IMG/VR virus record: IMGVR_UViG_3300025151_000029
Location: 6,118 to 70,117 of that record
Direction: 5' to 3' (one strand)
Length of the DNA stretch: 64,000 nt
Source of the DNA: a virus
Of this stretch, positions 11,901 through 21,580 are shown in pieces; positions within the stretch are counted from its first letter, which is position 1; each line of letters starts with the position of its first letter. A program made the position numbers and the translations under genes. Below the pieces are notes generated by a model. It saw nothing but the letters and a program-made list of their open reading frames with translations, had not been told where the DNA came from and did not search any database.

Positions 11901-12394
11901 TCTGGCTTGTTAAGATCTCGCCTTTGATTCGGATCACCAAAGGGGTCAGTGTCGAAGATCGCGCGGAAAAGCGCATCATCGGCGTTCAGCCCTCTTTTGT
12001 AGTTGCTGTCTCGGGCGTTGTCCATCGCCCTGCGAACCATGCTGTCATCATGCATGGTTGCGCTTTTGAGAGCCTTCTCACCCTTCTTCTGTACTTCTCT
12101 AAGAAGTTTCGCCGCTTGCTGACGTTCAAACTTGATGTTCCCGTTTTTGACGTCTGCGATATACTTCATGAAATCGCGATCAGACTTACGCCAATCCAGA
12201 GAGGCTCTCAGCACAGCCTTTCGTGCATTGAACATCGTCTTTTCGTTGATACTGATGCGCTCTTCGATCTGGAGCAGCAACCCGTATCGCTTGGCCTCGG
12301 TGAGGACCTCATCGGCTGTAGGCTCTCCGTCTTTGCCTTCTCGAGACTTACGGATGGCCGCAGCCAGGTGAACCATATCGTATGTTGAAGCCAT
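8999..12394 (-). CDS. Probable internal virion protein (1131 aa), acidic, with Pro/Ala-rich C-terminal third
   Basis: Large coupled ORF between tail genes and the giant protein, the usual position of podovirus ejection proteins. Confidence 0.65.
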   Translation of the reverse strand: MASTYDMVHLAAAIRKSREGKDGEPTADEVLTEAKRYGLLLQIEERISINEKTMFNARKAVLRASLDWRKSDRDFMKYIADVKNGNIKFERQQAAKLLREVQKKGEKALKSATMHDDSMVRRAMDNARDSNYKRGLNADDALFRAIFDTDPFGDPNQRRDLNKPEHRGALRELLRKFEEKNDGILDIDENGVVTNVDDLLSEDRNVNPLLQNGIMSAMQVRAWADEGDSNELRVYNRAMEADAAALAKVEGALNDLGTKAGELEDTQLALTDDAVKELLSSSADMVEQVQTVLENPQTFSIDDMDALEDQMDDFEELEASTERLKALQKKVMQEKPDRAEKLRQNMGISVASTAFQSWAADNGFDELGRIDADEDGKLDFDTYVQGRDDLPAIMAFYRQQKRGAGRYGMRKIGTGDIVQFRLNGELIQGERLKYHAADRPGVVRVMVPGREPPTVTLNPGDVDQIEIVARDPEKTTPTDRRARRALFFRGGAIKRAVDESAPGMDIGDAAQDKGQFVVDESGRHLTQDEYESMVAKSMADRVIVGKRVGDQKYLVQADGTVYRIDESGELFELSEEGVDEAGAKELAAVADAPARRVAIAEESPPGSGNFSSRPVTVEDLDADMFPQTHAFEALEGEPDTSGLNSEYWDQVEAQRGPVTLESMGLKSVSDFDPRSTQTFSNERVIGGMKFVDLDRDADEEPFSDEQDIEVGAGVPNESTTEQAMAKAEYDALTPEQKQVIEQYDEAYRNAPAGEKPEPPEGYENTPYGTRPVPEAPITEQIAQSAAEMGERPDEREDLVATVDELGLPTEREPAPLTEEEESTIRTWTARSQDANRQGLPGPEVPEGYVLVEGRGLQPERMAPSAEPAPTREAADLDVSAVDMDVVAPPPAQPAPVEAKPVEVLSDEDIDALSAPPPRIEDEFPPPPPTVELPTDVEDALRATPESEEAKKAKAAEAKRKADAEAAETADPDPVGTALDKAAIEAAAGEPESKGEIKTDAPARKPTDMTSQREEIAAKAKDIAAQLEAKKAPAPKTTKKERIKNVFTQVFGSEDPFAEEKADAVQVEGQNKVKSTPPVVGQNTEPAKTPAAPKTPEVDQDEVDDKRVKLSEGLQALRDRSELARVTGQELQ

Positions 12395-13176
12395 TATTTA
12401 TCCGCCTTTGCGTATTGAGCCGCTGCGCCGGAAGCATCGAGCTGTTTGTCAAGAACGCCATCCGCACCCTTACCGCCGCCGGAAAATGCGCCGAGAGTTG
12501 CCGCACCCGTCAGGCCCTGCATGCCGACGCCGAATAGCCGTTCACCCATGCCTGGAGTCTGATACTGCATACCAGGTACTGCCGAAGACATGCCACCGAG
12601 AGTTTGACCGTATTGTGCAACCGTGCCTCGATCGGTAGCTTGCTGCTGAGCCCCAACTTGCTCTGACAAGCGCGCAGTGCCCAGCCTGCCCTGTGCGACG
12701 GCCGACTGTTGCTGCTCGGATACAGCACGCATAAGGGCTTCTCGACGACCAGAACCATATGGGCCCTGACCACGCTTAAGCTCAGCCCTTTGAGCCTTTG
12801 CCTGCGCTTCTGCCGCAGCCTGAATCTCCCCAGTGCCTTCTCGCTGCTTCGCCTTACTGACTCCGTATCTACCCTTACGTAGTCTTTTGAGGGCTCGTTC
12901 GGCCTCTGGACCCATGAACTTTTTAACCGAAGCCTCTCGCTTAGCTTCGTCTTCACCTTGCGCTTTGATTGCTCTCTTCTGCCGGTTACCAGCTAAAACT
13001 TCCTTACCAACAGCAAGTCCAGCAGCGCCGAGCAATAGTCCGCCGGTGAGGGGGTCGATCGACATCATGACGTCAGCATCAACACCACTGTCATGCAGCA
13101 AAGACCAGACCAACAGGGCTGAGTAAGACAGCGCGGTCGAAAGACTAAATTTAGGCAGCACAGGGCTCACAACCAC
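12394..13176 (-). CDS. Probable DNA pilot/ejection protein (start may be 13170 or 13065)
   Basis: MSIDPLTGGLLLGAAGLAVG Gly/Ala-rich segment followed by Gln/Ala-rich helices, typical of small ejection proteins. Confidence 0.55.
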   Translation of the reverse strand: MVVSPVLPKFSLSTALSYSALLVWSLLHDSGVDADVMMSIDPLTGGLLLGAAGLAVGKEVLAGNRQKRAIKAQGEDEAKREASVKKFMGPEAERALKRLRKGRYGVSKAKQREGTGEIQAAAEAQAKAQRAELKRGQGPYGSGRREALMRAVSEQQQSAVAQGRLGTARLSEQVGAQQQATDRGTVAQYGQTLGGMSSAVPGMQYQTPGMGERLFGVGMQGLTGAATLGAFSGGGKGADGVLDKQLDASGAAAQYAKADK

Positions 13177-13193
13177 CTCTCAAAGTAGAAACA

Positions 13194-14162
13194 TCATAAC
13201 AAGTTCAGAACGCGTGCGTTTCGAATACCCAAGCTCAGTTTGCCGACAAGGTCAAAGTAGCCGCGATTACGAATCATTGACTTGCGCGGTGAGCCCGCAT
13301 TCTGCAAGTACACAGAAGCACCTTCCGGAGTCTGAATCGAGCACTCGATCGAAATCTGGTGATACCCCTTCGTCAATGTGGCCATATGGTGCAGATCAAG
13401 CTGCCGCCCAGTGTGCGCTTCAGTTTGCACGTACTGAGGATTTCCACCTCTAAAGTTCATAAACTTAGCCGGATCATCCTCGTCGATATTTTTGTACCGA
13501 TCGTAATACTTACCGACCCAATCGTCCGGTAAAGCGTCATTGAGATACCTGTCGGCAAAAGAGTCGAATACCGACATCCCTGGACCAGTCTGATCGGGCC
13601 TGTCAAGTGCGCCTGGAGAGAGTGGGTGAAACATGTTCTGACCGAGTGTCCGGGTACTCGCGGGCACAATGGTGTCGTCCAAACGACAGCGTAGTGTGAT
13701 CAACGAGTTCACTCCACCACTATGATTCTCGCCATCTTTGTCCTTGTAGACGCCACGCCAAGAGTTGTAGCTAAAAAAGAGCGACCACTGCATGAGCGAC
13801 ATCGAAGTGGCATACGGCTGGTACCACCTCAAAGAACAACCCGGCAAAGCAAAAAAGTTATCGGCATCTTGGGTCTGAGGTATGCCGCTACCGTACACCG
13901 TTGACGATGTGAGCATCGACTCTACGCGACCAAGTGATGCTTGTTCGGGCTGAATATGGTAGTCCTTGACGGTAAAGTTCTCGGACAGATTGTCTATCGT
14001 CAGTCGACCATTTAACTGCGACATAAGACCTGAGTCTTGTTGCGGAGTGTCAAGTCGTGCGTGAGTGGCGACCGTATACGGCTCATCAATATCACTGTAC
14101 CGACGCTCAGTAAGAAGCCTAGAGCCCTGCAGAGGAATCGGGGGTAGCGTAATCTTAGGCAT
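13194..14162 (-). CDS. Putative tail structural protein (322 aa)
   Basis: Position after nozzle gene; shares motifs with 14169-16775. Confidence 0.5.
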   Translation of the reverse strand: MPKITLPPIPLQGSRLLTERRYSDIDEPYTVATHARLDTPQQDSGLMSQLNGRLTIDNLSENFTVKDYHIQPEQASLGRVESMLTSSTVYGSGIPQTQDADNFFALPGCSLRWYQPYATSMSLMQWSLFFSYNSWRGVYKDKDGENHSGGVNSLITLRCRLDDTIVPASTRTLGQNMFHPLSPGALDRPDQTGPGMSVFDSFADRYLNDALPDDWVGKYYDRYKNIDEDDPAKFMNFRGGNPQYVQTEAHTGRQLDLHHMATLTKGYHQISIECSIQTPEGASVYLQNAGSPRKSMIRNRGYFDLVGKLSLGIRNARVLNLL

Positions 14163-14168
14163 CGAAGC

Positions 14169-16775
14169 TCACTTTTTAACCTTGATTGCAGTAAGTCGAG
14201 CATTGCCAAAGTGCACTTTTACACCCTTTAAGATATTTCGACCTCCCACAGGTGATGTCCACACACGATGGACAGGGTACTTCTTATCGTCGGTCTTTAC
14301 GACCACATCAGAAAGGGCCACAGTAAACTCTCGAGGGTTACTTAGACCATGGCCCGTGGTCCAAACGCTTGGAACCATAGTACACGCGAACCCGCCGAAC
14401 TCCGTGATTGTTCGATTAGTTGACCCCGTATTCTCAATAACCGTCATGATGGGTATGTTTACGCCGAGATTACTGCGAAGAAGATTACCCCCAGTTTTGG
14501 TCCCGCTCGCGATGTAGAACTCATCGTCTTGATCATCTCGGAAAAACGGTGTTTTACCGTCGGTGACACGACCCCAGCCAGGATCATGATCCCAATAATT
14601 TTTAGACCCCAGCTTTGCGATGGGGATGTCGGCCATGTGAGAAGAGCAGTCGTACGTCGCGTGCCGATTGATCCAGTTGAACGAGTTAACTACCGACGGC
14701 GCGGCATCAGTAGATATGACCCATGAACCGTCCTCTTTGTAACCGATCGCAAACATCGCAAACAAGTCGAGGTATCGTTCAGCTAAACAATAACGGAGAT
14801 AGTCGCGGGCGATCTCGCGCAACTTCTCGCCATCAGTAAACTTCGTCATGCATTGCAGCGCGTCGAGTCCATCATCAGAATACAACGGTTCAATGCCCTT
14901 CAGCTCCACATCCATCATCAGAATCAATTGCTCATTTGGACGCAACACGCCTTCGAGCGTAGCTGGAGTGATACTCAGCTTATCCGCACCTTCAGACATC
15001 TGAAGCTGGAGCCAACCCATTCTGCTCGCGGATAGCAAGTCACCCGTAGACAGACGCCAACCACTTTTAGATTGTGCCAGCACATTGTTCGAAAGAGCAT
15101 CTCCGTGTTTGAAGCCGGGAAAGATTGCCTCCGTAGAAGCGGCATTCGATTCGGATGCAAATATGCCTGTAAACTCATCCACCGTGTAAGTAGGTGTTAT
15201 AGTTGACGTTTCGGCAAAGACAACTTTACTCGGTAAGTAACGATTACTTAAAACTTCATCGTCTAGAGCTTCGTCGGGAATATTATTTATCTCGTCACCC
15301 AAAGTGCTCCGGACATCGGATACGTTGGCATCCCGCAACTCTGTCTCGGTTTTGAAGGCTGGAATCTTACTCATCGGGTCAGTTTGAATCGTCAAGGTAT
15401 CCAACCCACCTTCATCTGTGGGAGTGCGCAGTGAATGAATTGGAAGCTCGAATGCAACTAAACGTCGCGAGAAAACACCCACGAAATCGCCGATCTGGAA
15501 CTTACCCTTTTTTCTCTGTAGTCGACGTACACACAACTCGATCGTGTGCTCTCCTGGTGGCACTTCCAGCACGGTGCCCAATCGCACAGGCATCACCTCG
15601 GGTCCGTACGATACCGCTCTTGATGTTTTGATCTTCTGACCAGGACGCGAGTTGCCGCTTTCGCCCAGCGTTGATTTGACGGCGAAAGAACGTTGTCCTG
15701 TTTGCTGATCTAGTGCAGAAAAATCGGCTCCTTCCCCAAGCAAGTTCTCAAAAGTAGCCTTTTCGGTTTCGTCTTCTGATTTTGTTCTAGGACTGTCATC
15801 AACGCGAAGTCCATGCGGAGATTCTTCGAAAGGCATACGCTTGCCTGTAATCGTCTCCTCAATGATTTTTCCGTCGAGGCGAATAGCGAACTGAACCAAG
15901 CAAGGATTAAAGCCTCGTGAAATGTGATGATATCCATTCTTGTGAGGGAATAGAACTTCGTCAGCAAAATCATTTTTAGTTGTATATACAGCCTGCCTCT
16001 CGTTCAACGGGAACGCGAAGGGCTCGTCATACACCTCTAGATTGCTCGCTATGTTGCTCGTAGTTGGTGATGGCAAAGATTCATGCGTCTTAGACGGCCC
16101 AAGCAAATTGAGCACTTCTCGCTCTCTTGAAGCAATACTCTCATTTTGGAATGTAGAATCTTGCACAGCCCATGAATCGGGCGGTTGTGGGGTATGCAGT
16201 TCGGCCCCACCATATTTGCGCGTGCCTGCAATCCACGGCTTTTTGTACTCAAAGAAACCCTGCCAGATGTACTGCGCGTACGCAGATACCCAAATCTTAG
16301 CGTGGCCCGTCTTGAACGTAAGTTTTTGACTCGCCGATAAATCTTCGTTCTTTACTGCTGACCAAGCGCCATGATTAGGAATAATCGACGGGTACGCGTT
16401 TGGACTACTGCCTGTAAAACCGTATATGTCTCTAAACGTAGACCCATCAGGCTCGACGAAATTAAGCGGTACCCGCGATGCGCTCGCACTATTACGCTCC
16501 CAAACCTCGAACCGGCTCTCCACTTGCGAAACGTGAGTCTTGAAGTACGCACCCTCAGCGACACTAGGCCCTCGATCTGTCGTTACTCCAGTCGTCAACG
16601 CTGCTTCACTGTCCGGGTGCGGACGTAAATTTGCCTTGAGATCGGCCGCACTAAAATTGGTTCGATCCAACCTGCCTTGAAGAGCATCGTATACGGGATG
16701 AAAATCTTCGTTAAAGTCGGAAGGATCAAGAACGTCTCGAGTACGCAAGAATCGCCGGGGGAAAATATGGGGCAT
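14169..16775 (-). CDS. Putative tail structural protein (868 aa)
   Basis: Coupled to nozzle gene; N-terminal LDPSDFNEDF..LQGRLD resembles tail-appendage anchors. Confidence 0.5.
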   Translation of the reverse strand: MPHIFPRRFLRTRDVLDPSDFNEDFHPVYDALQGRLDRTNFSAADLKANLRPHPDSEAALTTGVTTDRGPSVAEGAYFKTHVSQVESRFEVWERNSASASRVPLNFVEPDGSTFRDIYGFTGSSPNAYPSIIPNHGAWSAVKNEDLSASQKLTFKTGHAKIWVSAYAQYIWQGFFEYKKPWIAGTRKYGGAELHTPQPPDSWAVQDSTFQNESIASREREVLNLLGPSKTHESLPSPTTSNIASNLEVYDEPFAFPLNERQAVYTTKNDFADEVLFPHKNGYHHISRGFNPCLVQFAIRLDGKIIEETITGKRMPFEESPHGLRVDDSPRTKSEDETEKATFENLLGEGADFSALDQQTGQRSFAVKSTLGESGNSRPGQKIKTSRAVSYGPEVMPVRLGTVLEVPPGEHTIELCVRRLQRKKGKFQIGDFVGVFSRRLVAFELPIHSLRTPTDEGGLDTLTIQTDPMSKIPAFKTETELRDANVSDVRSTLGDEINNIPDEALDDEVLSNRYLPSKVVFAETSTITPTYTVDEFTGIFASESNAASTEAIFPGFKHGDALSNNVLAQSKSGWRLSTGDLLSASRMGWLQLQMSEGADKLSITPATLEGVLRPNEQLILMMDVELKGIEPLYSDDGLDALQCMTKFTDGEKLREIARDYLRYCLAERYLDLFAMFAIGYKEDGSWVISTDAAPSVVNSFNWINRHATYDCSSHMADIPIAKLGSKNYWDHDPGWGRVTDGKTPFFRDDQDDEFYIASGTKTGGNLLRSNLGVNIPIMTVIENTGSTNRTITEFGGFACTMVPSVWTTGHGLSNPREFTVALSDVVVKTDDKKYPVHRVWTSPVGGRNILKGVKVHFGNARLTAIKVKK

Positions 16776-19186
16776 TACTTGTCCTGCCTGAATGGTACGC
16801 GACCCAACGGTGAGCCCTTAGTTGCAACGCTGACGTCGAAGGCAAATGCTGCAATCTTAAGGCGGCCTAGCTCCCACATATGAGGATCCGATTTGCGACG
16901 ATCGAATTCCGTCAGCCCATCTTGCGGGTCATCAAAAAGATTAGACCAGCCGACACCTTCATGTTGATCGCGTGTGAGTTCCGTCTTCTCATCCGCTTCC
17001 GCTACAAATCTTGGTGCCGGACTACCGATAAGCTCAAGTTCGAAAGCCCAACAGTTGGCATTGCGGATGTCTACGGGTACCTGACGCCAGAAAACTCGAC
17101 TATCGCGAGTTTTCGCCTCACCTACGACTGCTTCCGAAGCAACATCATCAATAAGCTCAGATCCGTCATCGGGTCCATGAAGCAATAGATCGTGCATCTC
17201 AGCTACAGGATCCCACGAGCCGTTTCGATACAAACGCACTGTCGCCGTACCCACCCAAGAGTCTAGTAGACCTACGTACAAGCTTCTGACGTTTGTAGGT
17301 ACAAGCCCGTAATCACCAGATCTCAACCACGCAGAACGATACCTCACCCTTCGAGGAGGGCCAAAGTAATCCGTAGTCTGACGATTCAAAACAAAAACGC
17401 GAGCAAGACTCAGGTAACCGCGAAACTCAGAGCCAATAGACGGTAACCCCAACTCTCTGGGATCGGAGCCCACAGCTAAAGTCAGGTGAGTGTGGTCCTT
17501 CGCAGAGCATAAATCAGCCACGTTCAAACCTAATGTTTGACGTCGCCAATACTTCCCGTCGAAGCACATTATCAATGTGTTCCTGTTTCGTCCGCGCTCG
17601 GCCAAAGCACATCGATACTCACCGGTATGATGGTCAATTACAGAAACCGCCCGATAAAACTGACTCTCATTGAGTTCATTATCGAAGATCTTCTGGATGG
17701 GACTAGAAATCTTCGTGAGTCCACCTGAAAGATTCAGAGCATAGAACCCGTCCGACGCGAGCCAAATAAGCGTGCCGTCCCTCATCGATTGAATCGACTT
17801 CTGAGATACGCAGCCGATCCCCGTTGCCAGCGGCTTTGAAGTCATGAAGTCGTCGGAGATCAAATACGTCGCCGTCTCGGTGAAAGCAATGAGACTGCCG
17901 TTGCTCGACGCCAGGGCCGTAATCTCAGCACCTTGGCTGTCGGGGTAGATAAAGTCTTTGGCCTCGAACGTGCCGGCAAACCCCGGCTGGGACTGCCTGA
18001 CGATGCCGGGAGCGCCCGGTACGTTGCCAATCACAAGCCGACCTTGATGCGAGCAACCAACTTTGAAGACAGGAACGGAGACAGTTTCGGACCACTCCGC
18101 CCCAAGATCACTGTCAGCATTGTTGTCGTCGAAGTAAAACTGACGTGTACCCGGAATCCGAGCAAGGAACTTAGGCGTCTGATCCTTGTGGTTTGTATCC
18201 TGCGTTCGGAAAATCCTAGTGGCTACTGCGTGCTCAGGTAGTTCGCCCGATGACTTCAGCAAAAATCGTCGTGTGAGATCATCAATTTCAACGCCGGTAG
18301 GAATCGTGTTCTTCGTGATTCTGAACATTCCGGCTAAAATAATTGGAAGGGTGTCACCGTCTTCTTTTTGAGCTACTCCCGGCGTGAAGTATGGATCTGC
18401 TTGATTCGTGTGAATCGTCGCTGGATCACTCGGCGGAGAAAACTCTGACAGATTTCCGTGTATGTCTTCGTACTGAACGTAGTAGTACCAAGCACCTTTG
18501 AGCAAAGAAGCGGTCTGACCACTCAGTTCGTCACCTGGAGTGCCGATACGACCCTGCCAGGAGTAACCCATAGAGTTCGGGTAGTAGTTCGGTACGTCTT
18601 CAAAATCGGGCTGGCTCGGAGAAGATACAGCTACTGTCGCAGCCTTCTTGTCGAAGCCCAGTGGGGTGACTTGACCCTCGTAGGTGATGACCTGGGGCTG
18701 GTCGATACCGTTGAAAAAGATGATCTTATCATTGATCACCACGTACTGATCGACGTACTTAGAGTCCGTCGTAACAGTCAAGTTGTCGATGAGGACCTCG
18801 TCTGCATCGTCCATCCCGCCATGAAACGAAAACAGACGAGGCCCAATACGGTACAGCAACATATGAGCCGCACCATTCAGCAACGACGCCGAAAAAATAC
18901 TGACGGGCTCACCCGTCTTATAACCATATGTCGGAACTGAAGAAGGCCAGGCGCTGGTCAAAGCTTCATCGATATCAATCTCGACATCTTCATACCCAAC
19001 CACAGATTTAAACGCTTGCGCCTTAGTTCGAATGATACTGGGCCCAACGACACTCTGAAGAATGTCATCGGGACCAATCTCAAGGTTCTCTACAAGCCAG
19101 GCGAGTGGCTGAGGAGAAAAGGTTTGTCGACCTTCTCCCGGAGGAATGAAGACCGTACTCGTACTTTGCTCCGTCGGACCACCCAC
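16775..19186 (-). CDS. Tail nozzle / stabilization protein (P22 gp10 or T7 gp12-like, 803 aa)
   Basis: Size, position, beta-rich repeats; motifs YYYVQYED..GNLSEFSPPS, HQGRLV, GIGCVSQKSI, IWLASDGFY. Confidence 0.7.
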   Translation of the reverse strand: MGGPTEQSTSTVFIPPGEGRQTFSPQPLAWLVENLEIGPDDILQSVVGPSIIRTKAQAFKSVVGYEDVEIDIDEALTSAWPSSVPTYGYKTGEPVSIFSASLLNGAAHMLLYRIGPRLFSFHGGMDDADEVLIDNLTVTTDSKYVDQYVVINDKIIFFNGIDQPQVITYEGQVTPLGFDKKAATVAVSSPSQPDFEDVPNYYPNSMGYSWQGRIGTPGDELSGQTASLLKGAWYYYVQYEDIHGNLSEFSPPSDPATIHTNQADPYFTPGVAQKEDGDTLPIILAGMFRITKNTIPTGVEIDDLTRRFLLKSSGELPEHAVATRIFRTQDTNHKDQTPKFLARIPGTRQFYFDDNNADSDLGAEWSETVSVPVFKVGCSHQGRLVIGNVPGAPGIVRQSQPGFAGTFEAKDFIYPDSQGAEITALASSNGSLIAFTETATYLISDDFMTSKPLATGIGCVSQKSIQSMRDGTLIWLASDGFYALNLSGGLTKISSPIQKIFDNELNESQFYRAVSVIDHHTGEYRCALAERGRNRNTLIMCFDGKYWRRQTLGLNVADLCSAKDHTHLTLAVGSDPRELGLPSIGSEFRGYLSLARVFVLNRQTTDYFGPPRRVRYRSAWLRSGDYGLVPTNVRSLYVGLLDSWVGTATVRLYRNGSWDPVAEMHDLLLHGPDDGSELIDDVASEAVVGEAKTRDSRVFWRQVPVDIRNANCWAFELELIGSPAPRFVAEADEKTELTRDQHEGVGWSNLFDDPQDGLTEFDRRKSDPHMWELGRLKIAAFAFDVSVATKGSPLGRVPFRQDK

Positions 19187-19199
19187 AGATTCACCTCAA

Positions 19200-19700
19200 T
19201 TAGATGGTAATCTCATACGTCTTCTGCTTCCAGGCTTCAGACAACTTAGCATAGATATTATTTGTGCCCTTGAGTGACGGCTGCGATTTGAGTACGCGGG
19301 CACGCCACGACATGTACTTCTCGTCGGCCCAAGGTGCAGGAATGTCAAAGATAGTTTGCGCGCTCTGGGTCTCAGCCTCAGTAGGATCTTCGATAACTGC
19401 ATCATCGTCGTCACTACGCAGAATGTCTTGAGGAGGAATCCAACCAACCTTGTCATGATCGAACACCCAACCAATCGGCATCCAATCATGAATCGATCGA
19501 TGCTCGACGGCACCGCTCACAAACTCAACACCATTCTTGGTCATGAGTGTCGCGGTCCAAATTGGTGACTCCGCGTCATTCGCCAACACACTTACCACCA
19601 TGGCTTCCTCGTATTGGTGGATCAATGTCTTGCGGAACATCTTATCTCCCACGGTCAATCGGGGGATAGCAGTCAAGCTCGGGTAGAATTTTTGGGTCAT
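19200..19700 (-). CDS. Hypothetical protein (~166 aa, MTQKFYP start)
   Basis: AGAGG RBS before ATG 19700 avoids overlap with the upstream gene. Confidence 0.6.
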   Translation of the reverse strand: MTQKFYPSLTAIPRLTVGDKMFRKTLIHQYEEAMVVSVLANDAESPIWTATLMTKNGVEFVSGAVEHRSIHDWMPIGWVFDHDKVGWIPPQDILRSDDDDAVIEDPTEAETQSAQTIFDIPAPWADEKYMSWRARVLKSQPSLKGTNNIYAKLSEAWKQKTYEITI

Positions 19701-19716
19701 GAATACCTCTTTTTGT

Positions 19717-21510
19717 TTACTCAGAAGAACTAAATGTACCGTAACGGTGCCTATGAGAGTAACCCAAAATCGATACCGGTTCGACAATTCCTCCAGGATT
19801 ACCGTATCGATCCCGGAAAACTCGTACGAGGTTCAAGTACCGTTCGAGGTGTGCCTGAGCACTGACTTGATCATTGCCGTCAATCAAACTGACATAGTAA
19901 AGAGCAAGCTCAATCAATGTAGGTACGGCTTCAGGGTGCACCTCCGAAGTGTCCCGGTCGTCAATAAACTGGCTGGGTGTTCTAGAGACCCGGAAGTCAA
20001 TCTCATAACGGGCATCTTGGTGAGGGAACACCTTCCACGCGTAGTAACCGGTGCTGTGCTTCAGAGGTCGATGATAGTCGTATAGCTCCTTGCCGGTCCA
20101 AACAATACGCGCCGAGGTTGTGTCGGAGCTACCTAAACGAACAATACTTTCTGGGAGTGCTGTGCCTGCCGACTCAAGCACTGTTGCCATGTCGAACGTT
20201 GGCTCGACTTCGCAAAGCAGATGGAACCGCTGATTAGTCTCGATGGAGTTGAACGTTCCGACGCCTTTCTCGTTAGCTTCAAGGTGCGCGACATAGTAGC
20301 GGATTCTCATTCCAGAATGTCCGTACCGTTTGTAGTTGGCATCGCCGAAGCCTTGCATGGCGTCAATGTTTGTCGCCGAAATGATCAACGCTGATGGATC
20401 CCCAGTTTCCGACTGAGTCACAACAGTAATGGGAGACGGCGCACTCTCAAACAACGGGTCATGAATACCCGAAAACTGGTTCTCTCCCGTCAACATCGAA
20501 CCCTTTTTGTACGCCCAAGTAAGGCCGTACGAACTATCTTGATCCGTATCGCCCCCCGGAGTGACGCTAGGAGACTGTTCCCATTCCTCGTCGCGTCGAC
20601 CTAGTACGTATGTGTAGCAGATAGCCCATCGGCCTCGACGCAGACCCTTGTCATCGGCCCACTTGTACTCAGTTGCCAAGGGTGTTGTCGTGAACTCTGA
20701 TGACGTGGCGTTACGGACATCCTGGAATTGAGGGTCTGAGTTTGATGTGAGTTTTGTTTCGACTGTCGCTGCGGCATTTGCCTCAATAATTTTCGGTGCT
20801 TCGGTTGGTGCCGCGAGCTGAAAATGTCGACCCCTCCAACATCTGTACGGTCTTCCCTTTGAGTTCCCCTGAAAGTCCAACATGTCTTGTCGGCTGGCGC
20901 CGGCCGTATCAATCTTCCAAACCTGTTGACGTGTGCCATCAAAAATGCGGCCAGGCTCCATCAACTCCATAACTTCAGCATCGACAAAAAACTCTGGCTG
21001 ATGAATCCTGAATTCCATCCCATTTTCCGGAGCGACTATGTCTGGGTATGGCCTGTCCAACGTCACAGCGTAGGTCACTACAGTGACACCCTGTACAAGA
21101 CTAGAATCGATAAACCACTCTAGGCATTGACGGCGATGAATCACTCCTGACGCATCCGTAATCTCAATGTGCATGAGACCATCCCACTCACCCGTAACAG
21201 TGGGACGCCATGAAGTAAGACTCGCATCTGCGGTGATTGTAGCTCCTGCGGTATCTACGAATTGAAGCAGACGCTTGTCGTTATCGAACGTAGCAACGCG
21301 AGCCTTCACTGCGTCATCTGTGCTGACTACATCTGGATAGAGAACAACATGCTCTTCACCAGGTACAAGCGCTTGCGGTACGTCACTTGCCATACGGACG
21401 AGTGCGGCATTAAGTGCCTGACGAACACGATTATCTTGAGTCTCACCAGATGAGTCCCATGATCGCATCGCGTACAGTTGTTGCTTCAGCATAGCTAGAG
21501 AAACGTTCAC
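19717..21510 (-). CDS. Head-tail adaptor-like protein with large insertion (~597 aa)
   Basis: GTG at 21510 after AGGAG; adaptor-like N-terminus (VRQALNAALVRM) and C-terminus (VFPHQDARYEIDF..HPEAVPTLIELALYY). Confidence 0.6.
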   Translation of the reverse strand: MNVSLAMLKQQLYAMRSWDSSGETQDNRVRQALNAALVRMASDVPQALVPGEEHVVLYPDVVSTDDAVKARVATFDNDKRLLQFVDTAGATITADASLTSWRPTVTGEWDGLMHIEITDASGVIHRRQCLEWFIDSSLVQGVTVVTYAVTLDRPYPDIVAPENGMEFRIHQPEFFVDAEVMELMEPGRIFDGTRQQVWKIDTAGASRQDMLDFQGNSKGRPYRCWRGRHFQLAAPTEAPKIIEANAAATVETKLTSNSDPQFQDVRNATSSEFTTTPLATEYKWADDKGLRRGRWAICYTYVLGRRDEEWEQSPSVTPGGDTDQDSSYGLTWAYKKGSMLTGENQFSGIHDPLFESAPSPITVVTQSETGDPSALIISATNIDAMQGFGDANYKRYGHSGMRIRYYVAHLEANEKGVGTFNSIETNQRFHLLCEVEPTFDMATVLESAGTALPESIVRLGSSDTTSARIVWTGKELYDYHRPLKHSTGYYAWKVFPHQDARYEIDFRVSRTPSQFIDDRDTSEVHPEAVPTLIELALYYVSLIDGNDQVSAQAHLERYLNLVRVFRDRYGNPGGIVEPVSILGYSHRHRYGTFSSSE

Positions 21511-21529
21511 ATCATCTCCTAAAGACGAA

Positions 21530-21557
21530 GGGGGCGAGACCCGCAAGCCTCGCCCCC
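21530..21557 (-). terminator. GC-rich hairpin/terminator after the capsid operon
   Basis: Minus strand GGGGGCGAG-loop-CTCGCCCCC followed by TTCGTCTTT. Confidence 0.6.
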
Positions 21558-21559
21558 AA

Positions 21560-21570
21560 AGTGTATCACG
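21560..21570 (-). promoter_or_regulatory. Extended -10-like element CGTGATACACT
   Basis: TG-N-TACACT; near-identical CGTGATATAGT at 32694-32704 (-) and CATGATAAACT at 23378-23388 (+). Confidence 0.4.
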
Positions 21571-21580
21571 TAGTCAGATG

